Source of the DNA: Candidatus Anammoximicrobium sp.
Lineage (GTDB): Bacteria; Planctomycetota; Planctomycetia; Pirellulales; Pirellulaceae
DNA length: 64,000 nucleotides
NCBI GenBank assembly: GCA_032229885.1
Contig: JAVYAJ010000193.1
Coordinates: forward strand, 2,904-66,903
Direction of reading: 5' to 3'
Position numbers and translations under genes: made by a program. The notes under the pieces were generated by a model, which worked only from the letters and a program-made list of their open reading frames with translations, made no database searches and was not told the DNA's origin. Below, piece after piece: positions 39,165 to 48,125 of the stretch. Each line of letters begins with the position of its first letter. Position 1 is the stretch's first letter.

Positions 39165-39536
39165 ATGGCGGAACAAAACACTGCCCCCGAAGCGACGGAA
39201 ACCCCGGCTGCGGACGCGCCCGCGACCCGTCCGGCTCAGGCTCCAGCGCAGGCCCAGTTGCGCGTCGACGACTCGAACATCGTGGCCCTGTACGCCAACT
39301 TCTGTCGCGTCACCGGGACCCCGGAAGAGCTGATCATCGACTTTGGCCTGAACCCGCAACCGGTCGGCATTCCCACCGAGCCGATCAAGGTCGGCCAGCG
39401 GATCATCGTGAACTTCTTCACGGCCAAGCGGCTGTTGGGCGCGCTGTCCATGTCCGTCCAGCGGCACGAAGCCGTGTTCGGCGTCCTCGAGACCGACATC
39501 AACAAACGGCTCCGCATGCCCCAGGCCGCCGGTTGA
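39165..39536 (+). CDS. DUF3467-like small protein
   Basis: 123 aa with GAGGAGA upstream. Ala/Pro/Thr/Glu/Gln-rich (slightly acidic) N-terminus, then VALYANFCRVTGTPEELIIDFGL, matching the YxNxxxIxxTxxEFxxDF core of DUF3467. Confidence 0.8.
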   Translation: MAEQNTAPEATETPAADAPATRPAQAPAQAQLRVDDSNIVALYANFCRVTGTPEELIIDFGLNPQPVGIPTEPIKVGQRIIVNFFTAKRLLGALSMSVQRHEAVFGVLETDINKRLRMPQAAG

Positions 39537-40214
39537 TCGTCGGCGCCGTGTCGCCGTGCAAGTCCGCCGATCAGCGGCGACCGTCCGGCGAGAGACAGAC
39601 TGCGAGGCGCGCGGCCGTCGGCGACGCGCCGCCCGTCCTCGCCACCGCGCCCGTGTTTCAGAGCGCGGGTGATCGCGGGGCGATCGCCGGATCAGCGCTG
39701 GCCCCGCCGCTCGGCGCCGCCTACGAACGGCGTGTTCGGTTGCGACGCGGAGTGTTGCCCGCCGTGCGCTGACGCCCCACGGGATTTCGTCGCAACCGTC
39801 CGGGATCCGTCGCGTCGTCTTGTGAGGGGGGCGTCTCGCGCGACGTTCGCCGTCCGACATCTGCGTTGCTGCGACGGAACGCCGCCGCGACAGCGTGTCA
39901 CTCTCGATGCAACGGCGCGTGACGCTGGCCGAGCCTCTATGAGTTTATGGCCGGCGCTCAGAACCGCGGGCGAACCTCGCCGCACTGGGCGATGCGGCGG
40001 GCCGCGCTGGGTGGGACACAACAGATGCGGCGAAACTCTCGCCAGAACAAGTCGGCGACCATCCCGACAGGGACGCTTCGACGGCCAACGTGGCTTACCC
40101 GTGGCTTATGAATCTGACGGACGCGACGACGTTCCCACGCGCCGGTCGAGACGCCCGCAGCCCGCGGCGAAATGCGAAACCGCGGAACGTGCACAGCAGC
40201 GAAGGAAAGCGACC

Positions 40215-41186
40215 ATGAAATATCGCAGGTTTGGACGCACGGGCTGGCAGGTCAGTGAAATCGGCTATGGCATGTGGGGCATGGGCGGCTGGACGGGCTC
40301 GGACGACGACCAGTCGCGCCGATCCCTACAGCGCGCCGTCGACCTGGGCTGCAATTTCTTCGATACGGCCTGGGCCTATGGGGCGGGACATAGCGAGGCG
40401 TTGTTGGGCGAGTTGGTGCGGGCCAATCCGCGGCGAAAGCTCTACACGGCGACGAAAATTCCGCCCAAGAACCGCAGGTGGCCCAGCCAACGGCACTTTG
40501 TGCTCGACGACTGTTATCCGCCCGATTACATCCAGGAATACGTCGAGCGCAGCCTGCAGAACTCCGGCCTGCCGTCGTTCGACCTGATGCAGTTCCATAC
40601 CTGGGAGGACGCCTGGCTGCAGGACGACCGTTGGGTCACCAAGCTCGGCGAGCTCAAAGCGCAGGGGTTGATTCATGCCATCGGCCCGAGCCTGAATCGC
40701 TGGGAACCGTGGAATGGCGTCCGGACGGTCGAAAGCGGACTGATCGATTCGGTCCAGTTGATCTACAATATCTTCGACCAGAACCCGCGGGACGAACTGC
40801 TGCCGGCCTGTGCCCAGCATGACGTCGCGATCATTGCCCGCGTGCCGTTCGACGAAGGGACGTTGACGGGCCAACTGACCACCGACAGCCGCTGGCCCGA
40901 CGGAGACTGGCGGAACACCTATTTTACGCCCGAAAACCTCTCGGCGAGCGTCGAGCGCGCCGAGCGTCTGAAACGCCTATTGCCGTCCGGCATGACCCTG
41001 CCCGAGATGGCCCTGCGATTCATCCTCGCCGAACCGCGGATCAGCACGATCATCCCCGGGATGCGAAAGCTGCCGCACGTCGAAGCGAACCTGGCGACCA
41101 GCGACGCGGGCCCGCTGGACGACGCGCTCTTGGCCGAATTGGCTCGCCACCGCTGGGATCGCCAGCCGACGGAATGGTCCCAATGA
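40215..41186 (+). CDS. Aldo/keto reductase
   Basis: MKYRRFGRTGWQVSEIGYGMW..., FFDTAWAYGAGHSE and IPGMRK motifs. ATG at 40215 within ORF 39669..41186. Confidence 0.92.
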   Translation: MKYRRFGRTGWQVSEIGYGMWGMGGWTGSDDDQSRRSLQRAVDLGCNFFDTAWAYGAGHSEALLGELVRANPRRKLYTATKIPPKNRRWPSQRHFVLDDCYPPDYIQEYVERSLQNSGLPSFDLMQFHTWEDAWLQDDRWVTKLGELKAQGLIHAIGPSLNRWEPWNGVRTVESGLIDSVQLIYNIFDQNPRDELLPACAQHDVAIIARVPFDEGTLTGQLTTDSRWPDGDWRNTYFTPENLSASVERAERLKRLLPSGMTLPEMALRFILAEPRISTIIPGMRKLPHVEANLATSDAGPLDDALLAELARHRWDRQPTEWSQ

Positions 41187-42001
41187 CAGCGAACCTGTTG
41201 ATTCCGATCCTGCCCTACGTGGCGTACCTGGCCGTCGGGGCGGTCGTCGGCGTGCTGGCCGGCCTGTTGGGCGTCGGCGGCGGTCTGGTGATCGTCCCGA
41301 TGCTGATGTTCTGCTTTGCGCAGCTCGGGTTGCCACCGGAAAACATGATGCACCTGGCGCTGGGCACCTCGCTGGCCAGCATCGTCTTTACGTCGATTTC
41401 AAGTTCCCTGTCGCACCATCGCCGGGGCGCGGTGGTCTGGATCGCCGTGCGGCGGATCACGCCGGGCATCTTGGCTGGCACGTTCGCGGGCGCGTTCCTC
41501 GCATCCCTGCTGTCCACCACGGGGCTCAAAGCCTTCTTCAGCGTGTTTCTCCTGTACGTTGCCGTCCAGATCCTGGTGGACAAAAAACCGGCCCCGTCCC
41601 GCGAGCTGCCAGGGATCGTGGGCATGTCTGCGGGCGGAGCCTTGATCGGCCTGGTGTCCAGCCTGGTCGGCATCGGCGGCGGATCGCTGTCGGTTCCCCT
41701 CCTGCTGTGGTGCAACGTCACGGGGCACCGGGCGATTGGCACGTCGGCCGCGATCGGCTTTCCCATTGCCCTGGCCGGCGCCGCGGGGTACATTGTCAAC
41801 GGCTGGCAGGACCGCGCGCTGCCCGCCGGCGCACTGGGCTATGTCTATCTGCCGGCGCTGGTCGGGATCGTCGCGGCGAGCATGATGACCGCGCCGTGGG
41901 GCGCGCAGATGGCCCATCGCATTTCCGTCAAGCGACTGAAACGCATCTTTGCCGTCATGCTGCTCGTGATGGGCGTGCGCATGGTGCTCAGCACGCTGTG
42001 A
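41174..42001 (+). CDS. TauE/SafE-family sulfite/anion exporter
   Basis: 275 aa, polytopic. Duplicated GVGGGLVIVP / GIGGGSLSVP motifs. The start overlaps the end of the AKR gene. Confidence 0.9.
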   Translation: MVPMTANLLIPILPYVAYLAVGAVVGVLAGLLGVGGGLVIVPMLMFCFAQLGLPPENMMHLALGTSLASIVFTSISSSLSHHRRGAVVWIAVRRITPGILAGTFAGAFLASLLSTTGLKAFFSVFLLYVAVQILVDKKPAPSRELPGIVGMSAGGALIGLVSSLVGIGGGSLSVPLLLWCNVTGHRAIGTSAAIGFPIALAGAAGYIVNGWQDRALPAGALGYVYLPALVGIVAASMMTAPWGAQMAHRISVKRLKRIFAVMLLVMGVRMVLSTL

Positions 42002-42008
42002 GCGCGCG

Positions 42009-42071
42009 CCGCCGAGTGGGTTGGGCGCCGAGTGGGTCGGGCGCCGAGCGGGTCGGGCGGCGAGCGCAGGG
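42009..42071 (+). repeat. 16-nt tandem repeat x4 (GCGCCGAGTGGGTCGG) immediately after the TauE stop
   Basis: gccgccgagtgggttgg / gcgccgagtgggtcgg / gcgccgagcgggtcgg / gcggcgagcgcaggg, read directly. Confidence 0.85.
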
Positions 42072-42162
42072 AAGTGCGCCGTCGTGGAGGGCGCGTTGCG
42101 TCGTGGAGGGACGCGCTCCGTCGCGTCCGTTCGGCTGCGGCCATGACGGAGCGTGGCCCTCC
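42071..42162 (+). repeat. Dispersed structured repeat, copy 4 (best preserved)
   Basis: gaagtgcgccgtcgtggagggcgcgttgcgtcgt-GGAG-GGACGCGctccgtCGCGTCC-gttcggctgc-GGCCATGacggagCGTGGCC-CTCC. The two hairpin loops (CTCCGT / ACGGAG) are mutually complementary. Confidence 0.85.
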
Positions 42163-42200
42163 GCTTGATTCGATTTTGGCAAGAAAGGCGCCGCACCGAC

Positions 42201-43403
42201 ATGAGACTCGAAATCAAATCCGCCATCGTTTTCTTCGCCGCCTGGCTGCTGGCGTGGCCTGCCGCCTCGCACGCCCAACCGGCCGGACCGACGCGTCCGG
42301 CCAAGAAACTGATCGAGTACGGTTGGGACGTCCCCTACCCGGATCAGGTGCGGGCGGAGATTCGCAATATGGAGAAAAAGCCATTCGACGGCGTCATCTT
42401 CCGCTTGCGAACCTGGAATCATGCCTTCGATCCGCGGCCCTGGGACGAAGCGCAGCTTCGGCCGCAGTTCGATGACCTGGCCGCTGTCCAATGGCAGACG
42501 TTCACGGACAATTTCCTGTGCTTGTACGCCGCCAACAACTGGAAGATGGACTGGTTCGACGACCAGCAGTGGGAGAACATCGCCGCGAACTTGCGGCTGA
42601 GCGCCAAGGCCGCCAAGATTGGCCGCTGCGTGGGCCTGGTCTTCGATCCCGAACCGTACGGAGACAACCCGTGGGCCTATCCCGGCATGAACGCGGATCG
42701 CAGTTTCGCGGAGGTCGAAGCGCAAGTCCAAGAACGAGGCGCCCAGTTCATGACCGCCCTGCAGGCCGAACTGCCCGCCGTGCGCCTGCTGACCTTCTTC
42801 CATCAGAGCCTGTTCAGCGGACTGCTGGACATGCCGGATGTCGCACAGCGCCAGGACCAACTGGCCAAGCACCATTGGGGCCTGCTGTCCGCGTTTTGGA
42901 ATGGGGCGCTGCAGGCTGCGGGTCCCGAAGCGCGGATCATCGACGGCTATGAAATGGCCTACTATTTCACCAACACCGACCAGTTTTTCCGTGCTTATCA
43001 CACCACGAAACAGCGCTCGCTGAGCCTCGTTCCCCCCGAGCTGCGAAGCAAATACGCCGCGACCGTCCAAGCCGGCATGTCGCTGTACATGGACCAGACG
43101 CTGGACCTGCGGCAGCCGCAGGAACGGTATCTGTCCCACTATCTGACGCCCGCCGAGCGGCTGCGGTTCTTCGAGCACCACGTGTACTACGCGCTGACGA
43201 CCAGCGACGAGTACGTGTGGTGCTACAGCGAACGGCTGAACTGGTGGCAAGACAAGGTTCCTGACGGCGCCGAGGCGGCGATCCGCGCCGCGCGAGAAAT
43301 GGTTGCGCAAGGCCAGGCCGATCGGGCGCGCCAACTGAGCGCCGAACTGGCCGAGGCCGTCGCCGCCGGCCAAAAGAAAATGGCCGAAGCCAAGAAACAA
43401 TGA
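42201..43403 (+). CDS. Hypothetical secreted protein
   Basis: ATG at 42201 gives signal peptide MRLEIKSAIVFFAAWLLAWPAASHA. About 400 aa with coding-like composition and a C-terminal coiled/charged tail. No family assigned. Confidence 0.75.
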   Translation: MRLEIKSAIVFFAAWLLAWPAASHAQPAGPTRPAKKLIEYGWDVPYPDQVRAEIRNMEKKPFDGVIFRLRTWNHAFDPRPWDEAQLRPQFDDLAAVQWQTFTDNFLCLYAANNWKMDWFDDQQWENIAANLRLSAKAAKIGRCVGLVFDPEPYGDNPWAYPGMNADRSFAEVEAQVQERGAQFMTALQAELPAVRLLTFFHQSLFSGLLDMPDVAQRQDQLAKHHWGLLSAFWNGALQAAGPEARIIDGYEMAYYFTNTDQFFRAYHTTKQRSLSLVPPELRSKYAATVQAGMSLYMDQTLDLRQPQERYLSHYLTPAERLRFFEHHVYYALTTSDEYVWCYSERLNWWQDKVPDGAEAAIRAAREMVAQGQADRARQLSAELAEAVAAGQKKMAEAKKQ

Positions 43404-43473
43404 CCCGCTGCGGCCCGCGGCCCATCCGCGCCGCGCGACCATCCATGTTCGCGTCCCGCAATCGGTGACCGGG

Positions 43474-46400
43474 TCAGAACGGGTTCTGCCAGGGGGCGTA
43501 GTTCCAGTTTTGGAACAGGTTCATCGCGGCTCGATCGATGCTATCGGTCTGCGGCAGCAGGATCAGGGCGTCCAGCCAGGCGCCTTGGCCGGCGCCCAGC
43601 GTCAGGCGGTGTTTACCCGCTGTCAGCTCGATGTCCGCGATGCGATACCAGGCCCAGTGATCGTTTCGCTCTTTGTGGAAACGTTTGGTGTTCGCGCGGC
43701 TCGGCGAATCCCAATCTTCGAACCCGATCATCCGTGTGACTCGCAGCGGACGGGCCGACTGGTCGTCCAGCCCATAGGACAGGCTCGGATCGGCATCCAG
43801 CGGCCAGCGTGCGCGAACCCACAGGGCGTGCGTGCCGTTGCGCGAAGCTGTGAAATCAAATCCCAGCCGTCCGCTTCCCGTGAACTCGACGCCGCTCGCG
43901 CCGCTCAGTTCCGCGACGTCGCGGACGCTGGCCATCCCGACCAACTCGTCATGCGTTTCGGCCTCGCGGACCAGCGGCGCCTGCGCCGCCAACACCTCGA
44001 TCCGGGTCCGCCGCTGGGCGTCGCCGTCGCCGAGCACGACCGTCACAGCCTGGATTTCACCGGGCTGCGAGTTCGGTGCACGCAGCACAAACTCGGCTTC
44101 GGCCATCTGGTCCGCGGCAGTCAGCTCGATTGTGTGCCGCTCGGGCGTGCACGTCCAACCCGCCGGCAGATCGGCCAGGCGCACTTCGCCTTGCACACCC
44201 CGGCCATGGAACTTGACCCGTATGGGAACCTCGCCTCCCGGCGCCACGACCAGCACGTTGCGGTGCAGCTCGTCGCCTTCGGTATAGAAGCTCAGCGCAT
44301 CGACGGCAACGGCCAGCTCGCTGCGATACCGTTCGGTCCAACGGCAGGCGGTCGTAATCGGAACCTGCCCCGCGCCGCCGACGAACGCGATGGGGTTCAC
44401 CCCCAGGGCAAGCTTGCCCGGCAGAGCCAGCGACGAGACAACCACGGTGCCGCGGACTTGCAGCCCCTCGACCACGCCCGCGGCGTCGGGCGAAAGTTCG
44501 AGCTTGAGCCAATAGGCATAGCGGGCCGTGACCTGCGCGCGCAGCTCGGCGTCAAGCTCGCCGCGCCGCGCTGCACTGCGCCAGGCCTCGGTCCAGTGCC
44601 GGCCTTCGTCAAACGACAGCGCCAGCCGCACGCCGTCGGGACGGTTCGTCGTATAGACGCCCCGCACGATCGCGTCAGAGAAGATATATGGGCACTGGGC
44701 GCGATAGATCAGGCTCGCCGGCTTGGCTGCGTCCGCGGGCCGCAGCCGAGTCCGGCCATCGTCCAGACGCTCGACGACCATGTTCTCCAGGCTCGTCGCG
44801 TCACCGGCGTCGGTCGGTTCGTACACGATTGCGCCGTTCCCGAACAGCGGCGGGATCTTGGCCAAGGGCAGCGGTTGCCGGTCGCCGGAAACCTCGAACC
44901 AGCGGCCCTCGTTGTGCCAGCATAGGCTCGCCCGTTCGCCGGCTCGCAGCGCGAATCCCATGTCGTGCGGCCGCAGCGCCGTGCCGAACGGAATGCCGGT
45001 CGGACGGCCTTGCAGCCATGCGCAGGCGTCGCCTCCCTGGCGGATCTTCAGGTAGGGATCCTCCTCGATCCGTCGCCGGCCGATGATCGTCGTGTTGTCG
45101 CGATCTAGCCAGAACACACGGGCAGACAGATCAAACAACCGCCATTGGCCTTGGTAAAACGCTTGCTGAAACTGGTGGTGCGTCCCTGAGGCGTCGTTGG
45201 ACGAGATGCCGACGGACAGGAGCAGTTTGCGCAACATGTGGTTCAGCGGGCCGCATTGGTCGTACGGATAGATGTTCAGCGCCTTGAGAAACGTGTACGA
45301 GATCCGCGGACGGTGCAGCGTCGGCAGCGTTTCACAGTACGACGCGTCGTAATAGTGAGCGCTCCGCAGCGCGTAGCGAAACGCCTCGATGGCTTTCGCC
45401 TCGTCGTCGCCCGCCGGCTCGCCCAGCGTAGCGCGAAGGCTGTCCACGCTCAGCGGGACGACGGCGCCGTTGGCTTGCCAGGCCGGCAGCACGGCGGTCG
45501 GCTGTGTCGCCGACCCCTTTGCGGCCGCCTCGTTCGGTGCGGACGCGTCGGCCTTTTCCGCCGCGCGTTCGTAGGTGACGCTGCGCATCAGCGGCGGATA
45601 ATCCCCGCCCACGGTCAGTGATAGGCGATCATTCTCGCCGCTCAGCGTCCGTTCGACGCCATGCTCGCGATATTCGATGTATCGCGGGTCCGGTGGTCGG
45701 GAAAACGGTGTGTTCGTCGGCAGGCGGCCTTCGGCCCGATTGGCCTCGAACAGCGAGACCGGCGCGTGTGGCTGGACGACGACCGTCCGGCTGTCGATTT
45801 CGCCGGACGTCCGCAGTTCGAGCGTCGCCGATTCCTCTTGTGTTGGCAGTTCGAGACACAGATGGCCGCGCACAAACCGATCGTCGCCGGCATGCACGCC
45901 ATGCGGCTCGTTCTCGAAGTGGAACAGCGCGCGGGTATGTTCATCCGTCGTGAACTCGTCGCGCGGCGGCGTGAACGAATCGGCATAGCGTTCGATGTCC
46001 GAGATCCGCAGTTCGTCGATCACGGCCTCGGCCGATTGTCCGACCGCCCCGGACACCTGGCGGCCGATGCACACCTGCATGGGCATGCTGCGGCTGTCCC
46101 GTTCGAAGATCCCGATGCCCTTGGTCGCCGTGCCGGCCGCCTCGAGGCTGCTGGGCCAAGCCGTTGTGCCCGGCCCCTGTCGCGCGACCAACTGACCGTC
46201 GACGAACAGCGCCAGATGCGCGCGGGGGAAATCCCACGTGGCCGCAATATGATGCCAGCGGCCCGAGGCCAGCGGCGCGGGACCGCGCACGACACGAGGT
46301 GTTTGGTCTGCGTCGGCGATCAGGAACTCGAGCTCGTTGCGACCGTCCGCGCCCCGCTTGCGCAACGTGCATTGTCGGCGATGCATATAGGCCACGGAAT

Positions 46401-47715
46401 CGAAGAACACGCGCTCGACGTCGTCGCCCGCGTCCCACGTGGGCTGGCACCAGAATTCCAGCGTCCCGGCCTGCAGGCCCCAGTGAACCGACGCCGGCCC
46501 GGGATCACGGATGCCGCGGGTCAGCGTGCCTTCGGATGCGCCGTTGAACATCAGGAAACGCGGTTCCGTGAACGCAAACCCGCGGTTCAACGGCGCCGTG
46601 CGCAGCGCCCCTGGCACAAAGCCAGCATGGCTGGCCACGGGCCAAGGCCACCGCTCGCCGGGCCGAACGACCATCCGATCCAACCAGACGGTGAAAAAGG
46701 ACTCGGGGCCCGTTACGGCTTTGTTCGTGTCGGCGTCGGTGACGTGGCAGCGAACGCGCACCCGCACGGTCAGCGTCGCCGCATCCGGGCTGAACCGCCC
46801 ACGCTCGCAGAATTGAACCAACTGGCCGCGCGCGAGCTCGATCGTCAACCAGCGCGGATCGACGGCGTATTCCTGGATCAGCGAGCCGTCGGCGCGCGTC
46901 TGTTCGAGCTCGATCGACACCGGCGCGCCGTAAATGGCCCGTTCGGCGAACAAATCGCACTGGAACACCATCTCCTGGCCGGCGAACCGCCGCACATCGA
47001 CCTGTTGGGAAATCGCCGCCTCGCGGTTAGCGTCGGCGGGCGTTGTCTGGTCGACGACGACCGCGAGAGATTGACGGTCGCTGGTATGCGCAAATCGGCC
47101 CAGGCGGATCAGCGGCGCCGAACGCATCTGCCAAGCCGTGGGCAACCCATCGTCCGCTTGTTCGAACCCGGCGTTGACCAGCAGATTTTCCGGCGGCAAG
47201 CGTTCGTCGGTACGTTGCGCGGGCGGCGTGGGGCGATCCGTCGTGTTGAAATAGATGTCGTAGACTCCGCATCGCTCGGGCGTCCCTGAGGCGTACCAAG
47301 CCAGATACGACTCGTGCCGATTCCGGGCCGCATTGAACTCGTCGCGGACGATCACGGGGATCTCGGCCAGGGGCTCCGGCTGGATCACACGGATCGACGC
47401 CGGATCCCATGTTCCGGCCACACCGGCCTGGGCCAGCAATTGCGGAAAATCGATGACCGTCTCGACCGCCCGTTCCGCTCCGTCGCGATACGGAGTGGGG
47501 CGCGTGACCCTGGTGCGAAACTGCCAGGCGTGGTTCCACCAAGCCGAGCCGTCAGCCCCGCTGGCGGCCGCACAAGCCAGAGTCGCAAACACGGCGATGG
47601 CGGGAAGCAAACGCGTGATCGTGGCCGACAGCGCCGCGGTTTGCCGCACGCGCGGGGCGGACGGACGTTGGCGAATCGGTAGCTCGGGTCGCGGGACGGC
47701 AAGGGTCTGTCGCAT
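43474..47715 (-). CDS. Giant secreted protein with LamG/concanavalin-A-like domain, transglutaminase-like core and C-terminal CBM-like beta-sandwich
   Basis: 1413 aa with a signal/anchor LLPAIAVFATLACAAASG. LamG-like region GTLEFWCQP...GRWHHIAATWD...LALFVDGQLV...IDELRISD. Cys/His/Asp arrangement (YDQCGPLNHMLRKLL...THHQFQQAFYQGQWRLFDLS). Terminal CBM-like module. Confidence 0.85.
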   Translation of the reverse strand: MRQTLAVPRPELPIRQRPSAPRVRQTAALSATITRLLPAIAVFATLACAAASGADGSAWWNHAWQFRTRVTRPTPYRDGAERAVETVIDFPQLLAQAGVAGTWDPASIRVIQPEPLAEIPVIVRDEFNAARNRHESYLAWYASGTPERCGVYDIYFNTTDRPTPPAQRTDERLPPENLLVNAGFEQADDGLPTAWQMRSAPLIRLGRFAHTSDRQSLAVVVDQTTPADANREAAISQQVDVRRFAGQEMVFQCDLFAERAIYGAPVSIELEQTRADGSLIQEYAVDPRWLTIELARGQLVQFCERGRFSPDAATLTVRVRVRCHVTDADTNKAVTGPESFFTVWLDRMVVRPGERWPWPVASHAGFVPGALRTAPLNRGFAFTEPRFLMFNGASEGTLTRGIRDPGPASVHWGLQAGTLEFWCQPTWDAGDDVERVFFDSVAYMHRRQCTLRKRGADGRNELEFLIADADQTPRVVRGPAPLASGRWHHIAATWDFPRAHLALFVDGQLVARQGPGTTAWPSSLEAAGTATKGIGIFERDSRSMPMQVCIGRQVSGAVGQSAEAVIDELRISDIERYADSFTPPRDEFTTDEHTRALFHFENEPHGVHAGDDRFVRGHLCLELPTQEESATLELRTSGEIDSRTVVVQPHAPVSLFEANRAEGRLPTNTPFSRPPDPRYIEYREHGVERTLSGENDRLSLTVGGDYPPLMRSVTYERAAEKADASAPNEAAAKGSATQPTAVLPAWQANGAVVPLSVDSLRATLGEPAGDDEAKAIEAFRYALRSAHYYDASYCETLPTLHRPRISYTFLKALNIYPYDQCGPLNHMLRKLLLSVGISSNDASGTHHQFQQAFYQGQWRLFDLSARVFWLDRDNTTIIGRRRIEEDPYLKIRQGGDACAWLQGRPTGIPFGTALRPHDMGFALRAGERASLCWHNEGRWFEVSGDRQPLPLAKIPPLFGNGAIVYEPTDAGDATSLENMVVERLDDGRTRLRPADAAKPASLIYRAQCPYIFSDAIVRGVYTTNRPDGVRLALSFDEGRHWTEAWRSAARRGELDAELRAQVTARYAYWLKLELSPDAAGVVEGLQVRGTVVVSSLALPGKLALGVNPIAFVGGAGQVPITTACRWTERYRSELAVAVDALSFYTEGDELHRNVLVVAPGGEVPIRVKFHGRGVQGEVRLADLPAGWTCTPERHTIELTAADQMAEAEFVLRAPNSQPGEIQAVTVVLGDGDAQRRTRIEVLAAQAPLVREAETHDELVGMASVRDVAELSGASGVEFTGSGRLGFDFTASRNGTHALWVRARWPLDADPSLSYGLDDQSARPLRVTRMIGFEDWDSPSRANTKRFHKERNDHWAWYRIADIELTAGKHRLTLGAGQGAWLDALILLPQTDSIDRAAMNLFQNWNYAPWQNPF

Positions 47716-48026
47716 GGCGAAATCCTCGATTGAATGACAGCGCGTCGGTGCACTGGTGGGTTCGTCGGGTTGTTATGAGGTGAGAGCAGAGGCCGCTGGA
47801 TGCCGCGCACGGTTTAGCGAGCCGCAGACAACGGCCTCGTCCGCAACACGCGCGGCCCGCCGCTCGTGATCCGGCCTCAGTTGGCGCGTTTGGATTTTAT
47901 CCTGCAGAGCACAGGCATTGTATACCGCTTGACGCCGGCCAGCGCCCGCAACCTGGCGAACTAAGACTGGGCACGAGCACCATCTCACCGCCGGGCGAAA
48001 CAGGCTGGACATTCGGACATGGGAAC

Positions 48027-48125
48027 CGCAGAGGACACAGAGAACGCAGAGTTTCACGTTGTCTGCTACCTCTGCTACCTCTGCTACCTCTGCTATCTCT
48101 GCTATCTCTGTGTTCTCTGTGGCTT
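48027..48125 (+). repeat. 9-nt tandem array (CTGCTACCT-type, 7 units) with flanking inverted arm
   Basis: Units at 48063-48125: ctgctacct x3, ctgctatct x2, ctgtgttct, ctgtggctt. Upstream, acacagagaacgcagag (48035-48052, within gcagaggacacagagaacgcagag) is the near reverse complement of ctctgtgttctctgtgg (48106-48122). Confidence 0.85.
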
